Position numbers and translations under genes: made by a program. The notes below the pieces were generated by a model. It was not told the origin of the DNA, did no database searches, and saw only the letters and a program-made list of their open reading frames with translations. 28,247 bases of DNA from a virus (taxonomy: Duplodnaviria > Caudoviricetes): IMG/VR virus record IMGVR_UViG_3300042430_000348, positions 1 through 28,247 of that record; one strand, 5' to 3'. Below, in pieces: positions 17,567 to 25,171 of the stretch (position 1 is its first letter; every line of letters begins with the position of its first letter).

Positions 17567-17980
17567 ATGATGAAAAACGATTTAATAGAAAGAGTAACGT
17601 ACCTGATTGAAAGGGATGAACTCAATAAACGTAACCGACAAAAGCATAACATCTACAAGAAGTGCTTTCTGATGGCACAACTACGAAAAGAGGAACTAAC
17701 CTTTAACGAAATAGGATCATACTTTAATCAGCATCACGCTTCAGTTATCCATAATATCCAAACGCATAAAAATCTAATGCAGTACAATAAAGACGAATAC
17801 TTGGACGTTGTTAGAGAATACCAAGTGTTCCTAGTGAACTCAAAGTATATCCTGCAACCTAGAAACATCATAGACGATGTAAACGGATGTACAAGTCTTT
17901 ACAAGTTACTAAGAGTTAAACGATGGATTGCAGAAGGACGATATAAAAATTTACAAGATGATGCAACTTTATTAGAATAA
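17567..17980 (+). CDS. DNA-binding protein with a DnaA C-terminal-like HTH
   Basis: 'LTFNEIGSYFNQHHASVIHNI' resembles the DnaA domain IV signature (SL.EIG..F.RDHTTV.H). Confidence 0.65.
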   Translation: MMKNDLIERVTYLIERDELNKRNRQKHNIYKKCFLMAQLRKEELTFNEIGSYFNQHHASVIHNIQTHKNLMQYNKDEYLDVVREYQVFLVNSKYILQPRNIIDDVNGCTSLYKLLRVKRWIAEGRYKNLQDDATLLE

Positions 17981-17987
17981 GTTTCGT

Positions 17988-17995
17988 TATATTTG
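17988..17995 (+). promoter_or_regulatory. Bacteroidota -7 box TATATTTG
   Basis: Upstream of the structured leader and replication operon. Confidence 0.7.
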
Positions 17996-17999
17996 TGAA

Positions 18000-18090
18000 G
18001 AGTTGGCTCGACACCATAAACTCAAAGGAACTATTGAAGCCTTATAATGAAACGAAAGTCGAGCCTCGTGGATTTATAGGGCTTTTTTTT
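18000..18090 (+). ncRNA. Structured leader/small RNA with complementary loops, ending in a terminator-like hairpin
   Basis: Hairpin 1 loop region GGCTCGAC (18005-18012) is the exact complement of hairpin 2 loop GTCGAGCC (18058-18065); hairpin 2 is followed by T8. Confidence 0.65.
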
Positions 18091-18110
18091 ATGTTTAAAA
18101 TTTATTTATT

Positions 18111-18320
18111 ATGAGAAGATTAGTGATTTACAATTTAAAAGAATGTTTTGAGTTTGGTTTAACATTTAAAGATTTAGCAGAAATTGAGCAAATAGCGCAA
18201 AAGATAGAACCAGCTACACCTCAAATACTAGCATTTAATTGCAGTTTTAATTTTATATCTGCTAAAATAGATAAGCTAGGTAAAATGACTTTGTATTATG
18301 AATTTAAAAGTCCTTTCTAA
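18111..18320 (+). CDS. Hypothetical protein
   Basis: 69 aa; TAATG overlap with the initiator gene. Confidence 0.65.
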   Translation: MRRLVIYNLKECFEFGLTFKDLAEIEQIAQKIEPATPQILAFNCSFNFISAKIDKLGKMTLYYEFKSPF

Positions 18321-18976
18321 TGAGTGGATGGATTAAATTACACAGGAAGTTTTTAGATTGGGAGTGGTTTAATAAATCCGAAGCAGTACATTTGTTTTTA
18401 TATATGCTGATAAAAGCTAATCACAAAGATGCTAAATGGCAAGGTAACGATGTTAAACGAGGTCAGTTTATTTCGTCTTTAGGTAACATTTCTAATGCTA
18501 CTGGAATCAGTATTCAGCAAATAAGAACCATTTTAAAAAAGTTGGAAAAGACAAATGAAATCGAAGTAAAATCAACAAGCCAATTTACTATAGTAACTAT
18601 CTGTAAATATGAATGTTACCAAGATGAAAACGAAACTACTAACAAGCCATTAACAAACAATCAACAAACGACTAACAAACCATCAACAACAAACAAGAAT
18701 GAAAAGAAAGAAAAGAATAATATATATAGCTTTTTAGATTCTTTAATTCAAAATGGATTTGATGAAAAATTATCAAGAGATTGGATGGAAGTTCGTAAGC
18801 AATTGAAAGCAGTAAATACAGAAACTGCATTTAACGCATTTATGCTTCAGGTAGAAAAACACGGAGGTAATAAAAACGAAATACTAAAAAAATGTGTTGA
18901 GCGTTCTTGGAAAGGATTTAATCACACTTGGATTGAAAAAGAACACGACAAATTATTAGCAATCCTAAACAAATAA
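18320..18976 (+). CDS. Phage replication initiator (lambda O/DnaD-like)
   Basis: 'GWIKLHRK' N-terminus, winged-HTH-like region, internal iteron-encoded linker, followed by a helicase. Confidence 0.8.
   Translation: MSGWIKLHRKFLDWEWFNKSEAVHLFLYMLIKANHKDAKWQGNDVKRGQFISSLGNISNATGISIQQIRTILKKLEKTNEIEVKSTSQFTIVTICKYECYQDENETTNKPLTNNQQTTNKPSTTNKNEKKEKNNIYSFLDSLIQNGFDEKLSRDWMEVRKQLKAVNTETAFNAFMLQVEKHGGNKNEILKKCVERSWKGFNHTWIEKEHDKLLAILNK
18638..18730. repeat. Putative replication origin: five tandem 11-bp iterons plus an AT-rich tract
   Basis: ACTAACAAGCC ATTAACAAACA ATCAACAAACG ACTAACAAACC ATCAACAACAA (18638-18692). Confidence 0.7.
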
Positions 18977-18979
18977 GCT

Positions 18980-19909
18980 ATGATACTAAAACAAGGAGAT
19001 TCGTTACAATACCTACTTGATGTCAAGGATGGTAAAATTAAACAAGGATTGGGATTAGATTGCTTTTTAGATGAACACCTAAGATTCAAACCTAAACAAC
19101 TAAACATCATTCTTGGACACGACAACGTAGGAAAAACGTACTGGATAAATTGGTACTTTCTTACACTAGCATTAAAGCACAATTTAACCTTCTGCATTTG
19201 GAGTGGCGAGAATCAGAAAGGTCAAATCCTTCGTGATATGATACAGATGTACAGAGGTAAACCATTCAAAGAGTTAACACATTCGCAAATCAGCGGAGAT
19301 CTTGCATTCTTGGAACAATCATTTATGTTCATTGATAACTCCAAACTTTACAAACCTGCTGATATCTTAAAGCTATTTACAGAAAGTGGAGCAGATGTAG
19401 GATTGATTGATCCGTTTACAGGACTTGATAGAGAAATGAGCTTTTCTGGTAATTACGAATTTATGAACCAAGCTAGACAATTTGTAAACCAAACAGGAAT
19501 GACAATTTACATAAACACGCATCCAAACACGGAGAGTGGACGCACAGGAAACCTTTACGCAGAAGGCGAACTAAAAGGACACCTTAAAGCACCGTTAAAA
19601 GACCATATTGAAGGAGGTAAGGCATTCCTAAACAGATGTGATGATATGATTGTGATACACAGACTAATCAAGCACGAAACTTTAAAATACAAAACTTGGG
19701 TACAAGTAGAGAAAGTTAAGGATATGGAAACAGGAGGTAAACATACAGGAATGGATGAGCCTGTAGTTTGTGATTTTAACAAAGGAATTGGATTTGAAAT
19801 ACACGGAAAAGATCCTTTAAAACCATACAGGGTAAAAGAGCCTTTCCAAGCTAAAATTACAATGACAGAACAAAAGTTAAACGCATTAAACAACAAAGGA
19901 TGGACATAG
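18980..19909 (+). CDS. DnaB-like (SF4) replicative helicase
   Basis: Walker A GHDNVGKT, 'WSGE', Walker B 'LIDP', late 'VEKVK' motif. Confidence 0.8.
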   Translation: MILKQGDSLQYLLDVKDGKIKQGLGLDCFLDEHLRFKPKQLNIILGHDNVGKTYWINWYFLTLALKHNLTFCIWSGENQKGQILRDMIQMYRGKPFKELTHSQISGDLAFLEQSFMFIDNSKLYKPADILKLFTESGADVGLIDPFTGLDREMSFSGNYEFMNQARQFVNQTGMTIYINTHPNTESGRTGNLYAEGELKGHLKAPLKDHIEGGKAFLNRCDDMIVIHRLIKHETLKYKTWVQVEKVKDMETGGKHTGMDEPVVCDFNKGIGFEIHGKDPLKPYRVKEPFQAKITMTEQKLNALNNKGWT

Positions 19910-20196
19910 GATTAAAACTACTTTACATTAAGGGACTAATACAAAAGAACATTTGGAAAGTAAAGCTAACACGAGAAGAATTAGAAGAAAAGAAACCATC
20001 TGCAGTAGTGTACATAAACGGAGCAAAGGACACAGAGAACGATTTAAAGCAAGTTGAACAAGCAATACACGAACTAGAGACAGAACTACGCTTACAAGGC
20101 AGGGAAATCAACAGATGTCTACATATAAACGGAGAACTAAAAAAAAGAATTGAAGAACTGGAACACGAATTAAAATTTAAAAACGTAGAATTATGA
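19900..20196 (+). CDS. Coiled-coil hypothetical protein
   Basis: 98 aa, heptad-rich; overlaps neighbours. Confidence 0.7.
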   Translation: MDIGLKLLYIKGLIQKNIWKVKLTREELEEKKPSAVVYINGAKDTENDLKQVEQAIHELETELRLQGREINRCLHINGELKKRIEELEHELKFKNVEL

Positions 20197-20447
20197 GAAA
20201 AGAGCATAAGTTGGTTGCACTATGTGCAGTATTACCTGTATTAGCAGATTGGATTGAAGATTTAAACGACCAATCAGTATTCAAACAAGATCTAAAACGC
20301 AAAGCAAATATGCTGATGCAAGAGATTAGGAAAGTAGACAACCAAGTTTTAAGTATTTACGGAGAGAACCGAGAGCAAATCTACGAACAGCAGGTTGACT
20401 TGCAGATTAGATTTCGTCAATTTGTAGAATCAATAATTGTAGACTGA
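20193..20447 (+). CDS. Hypothetical protein
   Basis: 84 aa; coupled overlaps at both ends. Confidence 0.7.
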   Translation: MRKEHKLVALCAVLPVLADWIEDLNDQSVFKQDLKRKANMLMQEIRKVDNQVLSIYGENREQIYEQQVDLQIRFRQFVESIIVD

Positions 20448-20968
20448 TGCCGAGATGTAAAAACTGCAAACAAAAGTTTGAGCCTATTAGATTCAATCAC
20501 AAATACTGCTTAAAAGATGAGTGCATCCGTGCTTTTGTAGCTGAGGTAAAAGAGAAAACATGGAAAGAGACAAAAACACGAATGAAAACAGACCTAAAAA
20601 CCACACAGGATTGGTTAAAGGAAGCACAAACAATATTTAATCAGTACATAAATTTGAGAGATAAAGGATTACCTTGTGTGTCTTGTGGTAAACCAATCAA
20701 AGGTAGAGTAAACGCTTCTCATTTCTGGAACGCTAACAATCACCATAACGTTCGCTTTGAGGAAGACAATGTACATTCAAGCTGCATCACTTGCAATCAA
20801 TTCCTATCAGGTAACTTATTAGAATATCGAACAAGACTATGTTCTAAAATCGGACAAAAAAGATTTGATGAACTTGAAGCAAAAAGACACGTTACAAAAA
20901 AATGGACAAAAGACGAACTAAAAGAAATTATAAAAAAATATAAAGAATTAGTGCGAGATATGAAATAA
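20447..20968 (+). CDS. ninG: NinG/Rap-family recombination nuclease
   Basis: N-terminal CxxC...C..C; 'FNQYINLRD', 'CVSCG', 'ASHF', 'RFEEDNVH..C..CN..LSGN'. Confidence 0.85.
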   Translation: MPRCKNCKQKFEPIRFNHKYCLKDECIRAFVAEVKEKTWKETKTRMKTDLKTTQDWLKEAQTIFNQYINLRDKGLPCVSCGKPIKGRVNASHFWNANNHHNVRFEEDNVHSSCITCNQFLSGNLLEYRTRLCSKIGQKRFDELEAKRHVTKKWTKDELKEIIKKYKELVRDMK

Positions 20969-20973
20969 ATTCA

Positions 20974-20981
20974 TATATTTG
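20974..20981 (+). promoter_or_regulatory. Bacteroidota -7 box TATATTTG
   Basis: 22 nt upstream of the ERF start with an A-rich leader. Confidence 0.7.
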
Positions 20982-21003
20982 TATAAACAAAAACCAATTT
21001 ATT

Positions 21004-21522
21004 ATGAAACATTTATTTAAATCGTTGGCTGCGTTCCAACAAGAAGTGCCAGTAATCCACAAAGCAACGCAAGGCTATGGATATTCCTACTCGGATTTAC
21101 CAAAAATTTTTAGTGTAATCAATCCATTGCTAAAAAAACACGGATTAGGATTCACGCAGTTAATTAACGAAGGAGATGTCTTGACGATTCTTTTTCACGT
21201 TGAATCAGGAGAGCAGATACAAAGTTCTACAAACATTCCACAGAACGTACAACTCAAAGGAATGAACGACTTCCAAGTTCTAGGTTCTGCAATCACTTAC
21301 ATTCGTAGGTATGCTATCAGTTCAATGCTTGGATTAGTAACCGACAAAGATACTGATGCAGGAGGAGAGCAAGTAAAAAGCGAACCAAAGAAACAAGCAC
21401 TAGACGCTAAACGTTTCCAAGACGCAGTCAAAGCAGTAACGGAAGGAAAGATAACACGTGAGTCTTTAGAAAGTAAGTTCACGTTAACTGATGGTCAAAT
21501 TGATATTTTAAACGCACTATGA
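21004..21522 (+). CDS. erf: ERF-family single-strand annealing protein
   Basis: Signature 'GSAITYIRRYAISSMLGL...DTD'. Confidence 0.9.
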   Translation: MKHLFKSLAAFQQEVPVIHKATQGYGYSYSDLPKIFSVINPLLKKHGLGFTQLINEGDVLTILFHVESGEQIQSSTNIPQNVQLKGMNDFQVLGSAITYIRRYAISSMLGLVTDKDTDAGGEQVKSEPKKQALDAKRFQDAVKAVTEGKITRESLESKFTLTDGQIDILNAL

Positions 21523-21995
21523 AAACTAATCAGCAAGAACTTAATTTAGGTATTATGGCTAGAAAAAAACAAGATAATCAATATACAACAAACAAGTATA
21601 TTGGATTTTTACAGATATTAAGAGACAGGTTAAACAATGAAGAAATAAATGGACTTCATAAAGAAATAAGATTGTATAATATATCAAACCAATGGGGTAC
21701 TTTCTTAAAGCACAATAATATTGTTTATAGAGATGACAATGGATTTTACAGATGGAATAATAAAATACCTGTATCAATTAAATTAATAGAATCATTTAGA
21801 AATTACAATACTAAAATGAATATACAATATACACCTGCAGCATTTAGTAAAGAATTTAAAAATAGAATTGATTCAAAAAAAAGAATTGAAGTTCAGTTTA
21901 GTGATACTCCTTTAGAAGTTGTTACTGAAAACCACAGAAACACGAACACACAAGAAATAGGATTGATTCGTAAATTTTTAAAATGGATATACTAA
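21519..21995 (+). CDS. Hypothetical protein inserted between ERF and exonuclease
   Basis: 158 aa, visibly more AT-rich; coupled overlaps on both sides. Confidence 0.7.
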   Translation: MKTNQQELNLGIMARKKQDNQYTTNKYIGFLQILRDRLNNEEINGLHKEIRLYNISNQWGTFLKHNNIVYRDDNGFYRWNNKIPVSIKLIESFRNYNTKMNIQYTPAAFSKEFKNRIDSKKRIEVQFSDTPLEVVTENHRNTNTQEIGLIRKFLKWIY

Positions 21996-22666
21996 TGAAA
22001 GTACGTTGTTCAGCTATCGGAAAAATTATGAGTAGTCCTCGCAATAAGAGTGAGGTGCTTTCACAGACTGCAAAGACATACATTCACGAATTAGTCTTGC
22101 AAGATAAATACGGAATCAGAAAAGAGTTTAGTTCACGTTACACAGACAAAGGAAACGAAGTTGAGAACGAATCAATCAACCTAGTCAACGAAGTTCTGGA
22201 TGTAGGATTTATTTACAAGAACGAGGAGCATTACGAGAATGATTGGATCACAGGTACTCCTGATGTAAACACGGAGCAAGTATTGTTAGATGTTAAAAGC
22301 TCTTGGGATGGTACAACGTTTCCATTTTTTGAAACTGAAATTCCTACAAAGGATTATTACTACCAACTGCAAGGGTATATGTGGCTAACAGGAAAACAAC
22401 AGTCAATGTTATGTTATTGCTTAGTTGATACTCCTGAATTGATGGTTGAGGATGAAATCAGAAGAACTCACTGGAAGTTAAACCTAATGGAGGAAAGTTT
22501 AGACCTAAGAGATGAAATCCAAAAGAAGCACATCTTCTCACACATTCCAAAGAACAGACGTGTGAAGGTATTCTATGTACAAAAAGACGAAGCAGTCATT
22601 GAACGAATAAAAGAGCAGGTAGAGCTTTGCCGAGAATATTACAACACCTTAATAAATTTCTTATGA
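21995..22666 (+). CDS. YqaJ/lambda-exonuclease-like PD-(D/E)xK nuclease
   Basis: 'KGNEVE', 'GTPD', 'DVKSSW', 'YYYQLQGYM'; start placed at the TAATG overlap. Confidence 0.8.
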   Translation: MKVRCSAIGKIMSSPRNKSEVLSQTAKTYIHELVLQDKYGIRKEFSSRYTDKGNEVENESINLVNEVLDVGFIYKNEEHYENDWITGTPDVNTEQVLLDVKSSWDGTTFPFFETEIPTKDYYYQLQGYMWLTGKQQSMLCYCLVDTPELMVEDEIRRTHWKLNLMEESLDLRDEIQKKHIFSHIPKNRRVKVFYVQKDEAVIERIKEQVELCREYYNTLINFL

Positions 22667-22851
22667 ATTATTTATATAAAATAGGTCAAATAGTTTATTT
22701 AAAAACAGACGAAAGACAATTTCAAAGAATAGTAACACAAATAAGAATAACAGAACACGGACACTTATACCAACTTTGTGAGGGTATAAATGAATCAGTT
22801 CATTACGAAATAGAAATAAGCGAAGAAAAAAACATATTAATAACATTATGA
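22663..22851 (+). CDS. Hypothetical protein (62 aa)
   Basis: MNYLYKIGQIVYLKTD...; ATGA overlaps at both ends; start preferred over 22627. Confidence 0.7.
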   Translation: MNYLYKIGQIVYLKTDERQFQRIVTQIRITEHGHLYQLCEGINESVHYEIEISEEKNILITL

Positions 22852-23126
22852 ATCAGCAAATAGAAGACCAAATAGTAATACGCGTTCTAAGCCGATTCAG
22901 CGAACGTTCGCAAGCAGGAATAAACAAGTACAAGACAACGCTAGAAAGAACCGACCTAAGTACATTAGAATGGCTTACACACGCACAAGAAGAAGCAATG
23001 GACTTTGTGCTTTACTTGGAACGACTAAAAGACGAATACAGAGGTAGCTTATTAACTAAAATGGTAAAGCAATCTGAACAAGACGGATTGTATGAAGACA
23101 AATTAAAACAAACAATGCCTAAATAA
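22848..23126 (+). CDS. Possible all-alpha NTP pyrophosphatase (MazG-like) family protein
   Basis: 'G..KY.TTL.R.DL', 'WL.H.QEE.MD..LY' acidic helix motif. Confidence 0.5.
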   Translation: MNQQIEDQIVIRVLSRFSERSQAGINKYKTTLERTDLSTLEWLTHAQEEAMDFVLYLERLKDEYRGSLLTKMVKQSEQDGLYEDKLKQTMPK

Positions 23127-23132
23127 ACACGG

Positions 23133-23315
23133 ATGAAAATAACAATAGAACAATACGAACACAAAATCACCCACGAAGTACCTCATAACGATGTAACTCT
23201 AGACGAAGCTTTACAAATGATTGAAGGACTTTTAAAAGCTACTGGATATTCTTTCAGTGGGAATCTTGAGATAGTGGATGAGTGGGTTGATAATGATGAA
23301 ACCTTTAAAGGATAA
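23133..23315 (+). CDS. Small acidic hypothetical protein
   Basis: 60 aa ending in DETFKG; first member of the cassette chain. Confidence 0.7.
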   Translation: MKITIEQYEHKITHEVPHNDVTLDEALQMIEGLLKATGYSFSGNLEIVDEWVDNDETFKG

Positions 23316-23370
23316 GTCCCAATTTTTACCACATATCGTAAATAGAAATGATAACTAAACAACAAGAACA

Positions 23371-23475
23371 ATGAAAAGAAATGAAGACACATCTATACTA
23401 ACCATTTTTGTTATTGGTTTAATTGAACTTATAATAATCGGTATTGGTATCGGTATTTGGGCATATACAATTTAA
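23371..23475 (+). CDS. Small membrane peptide (34 aa)
   Basis: MKRNEDTSILTIFVIGLIELIIIGIGIGIWAYTI*; starts and stops inside junction repeats. Confidence 0.7.
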   Translation: MKRNEDTSILTIFVIGLIELIIIGIGIGIWAYTI

Positions 23476-23487
23476 ACAACAAGAACA

Positions 23488-23697
23488 ATGAAACAGACAG
23501 CAGTAGAAAAATTATTTAAGATTTGGTTAGAAAAAGAATACATAACAGACAATGAATGGTTAGAGGCAATTGAGCTAAACAAGAATCAGATAGTTGATGC
23601 AGTTGATACAACTATTGAAAGAATGAATGTGCTTGATAATTTCAGAACATTAAAAAACGGAGAACAATACTACAACGAAACCTTTAAAGAGCAATGA
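23488..23697 (+). CDS. 'TAVE...QI...YYNETF' family protein (paralog 3)
   Basis: MKQTAVE...NQIVDA...GEQYYNETFKEQ. Confidence 0.75.
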   Translation: MKQTAVEKLFKIWLEKEYITDNEWLEAIELNKNQIVDAVDTTIERMNVLDNFRTLKNGEQYYNETFKEQ

Positions 23698-23801
23698 GAG
23701 AGATATTAAATGCTATATTCTATTTTGTAATGGGATGTGCAGTTGGACATTTAATAGCCAATTTAGTAATTAAAATAATAACCTTTAAACAAGACAAATG
23801 A
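23694..23801 (+). CDS. Small membrane peptide (35 aa)
   Basis: MREILNAIFYFVMGCAVGHLIANLVIKIITFKQDK*; ATGA overlaps inside junctions. Confidence 0.65.
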   Translation: MREILNAIFYFVMGCAVGHLIANLVIKIITFKQDK

Positions 23802-23965
23802 AAGAAACAACACTAGTACCTAATCAAACATTAAATGTTAGCGGGTATAAATTAGGAAACACAACATTAGCAATGCCTAACAAACCAAAATGGATTCACA
23901 GAAAAATGATGAAGATATTTTTTGGAGTACAATGGGTTGATGAAACTAAACAACAAGAACAATGA
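23798..23965 (+). CDS. Small hypothetical protein (55 aa)
   Basis: MKETTLVPNQ...KPKWIHRKMMKIFFGVQWVDETKQQEQ*. Confidence 0.7.
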   Translation: MKETTLVPNQTLNVSGYKLGNTTLAMPNKPKWIHRKMMKIFFGVQWVDETKQQEQ

Positions 23966-24312
23966 AGATAGACATTGATGACTTCAACCGAAAAGCAGAA
24001 CACATCATTGAAACAGTTGTCAAACCACAAGTAGCAAAATACGAATTAAGTAAACAATTAAATAAACATAAAATGGAAAACAAAGTAAACACAGGAGCAA
24101 TCTTTAAAAACACGAACAAGAAAGCTGAAAACCACCCCGACTACAAAGGAAAAGTAAACGTAAACGGCAAAGAAATGGAAGTTGCGTTATGGGTAAAACA
24201 AGGTAAATCAGGATCATTCTTTTCTGCAGCATTCTCAGAACCATACGTTGCACCTGAAAAAATGGAAAGAGTTACAGTATCAGATTCATTGGATGACGAT
24301 TTACCATTCTGA
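23962..24312 (+). CDS. ssb: Single-stranded DNA-binding protein (OB-fold-like), core probably from ATG 24073
   Basis: 'HPDYKG', 'VALW', acidic tail 'DDDLPF'; 37 extra in-frame N-terminal codons start in the junction repeat. Confidence 0.7.
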   Translation: MKIDIDDFNRKAEHIIETVVKPQVAKYELSKQLNKHKMENKVNTGAIFKNTNKKAENHPDYKGKVNVNGKEMEVALWVKQGKSGSFFSAAFSEPYVAPEKMERVTVSDSLDDDLPF

Positions 24313-24512
24313 TGTACATTGATGAGGGAGGATTGCGAAAGCAATTAGAGATGTTGCTTCGTACCAAAACACGAAACCAAATTGTGCAGGACATTAAATC
24401 AAAGACGGGAAAGTTTCATCAATATCAAATAGATAAATTCTTGCAGGGTAAAGACATAACCTTAAGCACTGCAATTAAATTAGATGAATACTTACTACGT
24501 GAAACAATGTAA
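24312..24512 (+). CDS. Small HTH-like DNA-binding protein
   Basis: 66 aa; 'HQYQIDKFLQGKDITLSTAIKL' resembles a Cro/XRE C-terminal half. Confidence 0.5.
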   Translation: MYIDEGGLRKQLEMLLRTKTRNQIVQDIKSKTGKFHQYQIDKFLQGKDITLSTAIKLDEYLLRETM

Positions 24513-24551
24513 TCTAAAGCATACCATAAGAACTGCAATAGATTCTTTTTA

Positions 24552-24577
24552 GAGCCACTTTAACAGGTGGCTTTTTT
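24552..24577 (+). terminator. Intrinsic terminator
   Basis: AGCCACTT-taac-AGGTGGCT plus T-run. Confidence 0.8.
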
Positions 24578-24618
24578 ATTGTTGAAAACTTTTTAGCAAC
24601 GTGATTAGATTTTCGTCG

Positions 24619-24626
24619 TAAGTTTG
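24619..24626 (+). promoter_or_regulatory. Bacteroidota -7 box TAAGTTTG for the sigma gene
   Basis: TAnnTTTG between the terminator and ATG 24642. Confidence 0.55.
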
Positions 24627-24641
24627 ATTAGAATTTAATCA

Positions 24642-25169
24642 ATGGAATTACTAACAGAGATTTGTAAGCATCACAATGAATGGCTAAAAATAGTCAAAAC
24701 ATTCGGCTGCGACTTTCCAGAGGATGTAGTTCAGGATGCTTACCTACGCATTCACAAGTATGGTAATGCAGAAAAGCTCATCATAAACGGAGAGATCAAT
24801 AAATTAATTATGTGGACAATACTTCGCAATGTATCACACGACACCAACAAAGCAAATAAAATCGGGTTTATATCTTTAGAGGATGTATGGAACATTGCTG
24901 ATTCAGAAAACAACGTATCAAAACATCAATCACTAAACAAAATAGATCTATTAATTGATAAGGAATCTAATACATGGCATCACTATGATAAGATGTTATT
25001 TGATTTGTACAGAAAAACGGAGCTATCAATGCGAGAAATAGCAGAAGCTACTGGAATACATTACACATCAATATTCCATACGTTAAAGAGATGTAAGAAA
25101 AGACTACAGGAATCAGTAGGAGAAGACTACCAAGATTACTTAAATAAAGATTTTGAACTAATAAAATAA
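24642..25169 (+). CDS. ECF-like RNA polymerase sigma factor
   Basis: Region 2 'EDVVQDAYLRI...WTILRN'; region 4 HTH 'LSMREIAEATGIHYTSIFHTLKR'. Confidence 0.8.
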   Translation: MELLTEICKHHNEWLKIVKTFGCDFPEDVVQDAYLRIHKYGNAEKLIINGEINKLIMWTILRNVSHDTNKANKIGFISLEDVWNIADSENNVSKHQSLNKIDLLIDKESNTWHHYDKMLFDLYRKTELSMREIAEATGIHYTSIFHTLKRCKKRLQESVGEDYQDYLNKDFELIK

Positions 25170-25171
25170 CT

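Larger units (their letters stand above)
23298..23966 (+). repeat. Dispersed junction repeat linking small ORFs
   Basis: TAAACAACAAGAACAATGAA exact at 23356, 23473 and 23947; ACCTTTAAA variants at 23301, 23680 and 23781. Confidence 0.85.

Noticed and set aside
23356-23966. 20-bp direct repeats as a CRISPR array
   Set aside because: Gaps are 97 and 454 bp and contain ORFs; the repeat is not palindromic; no cas genes are present.
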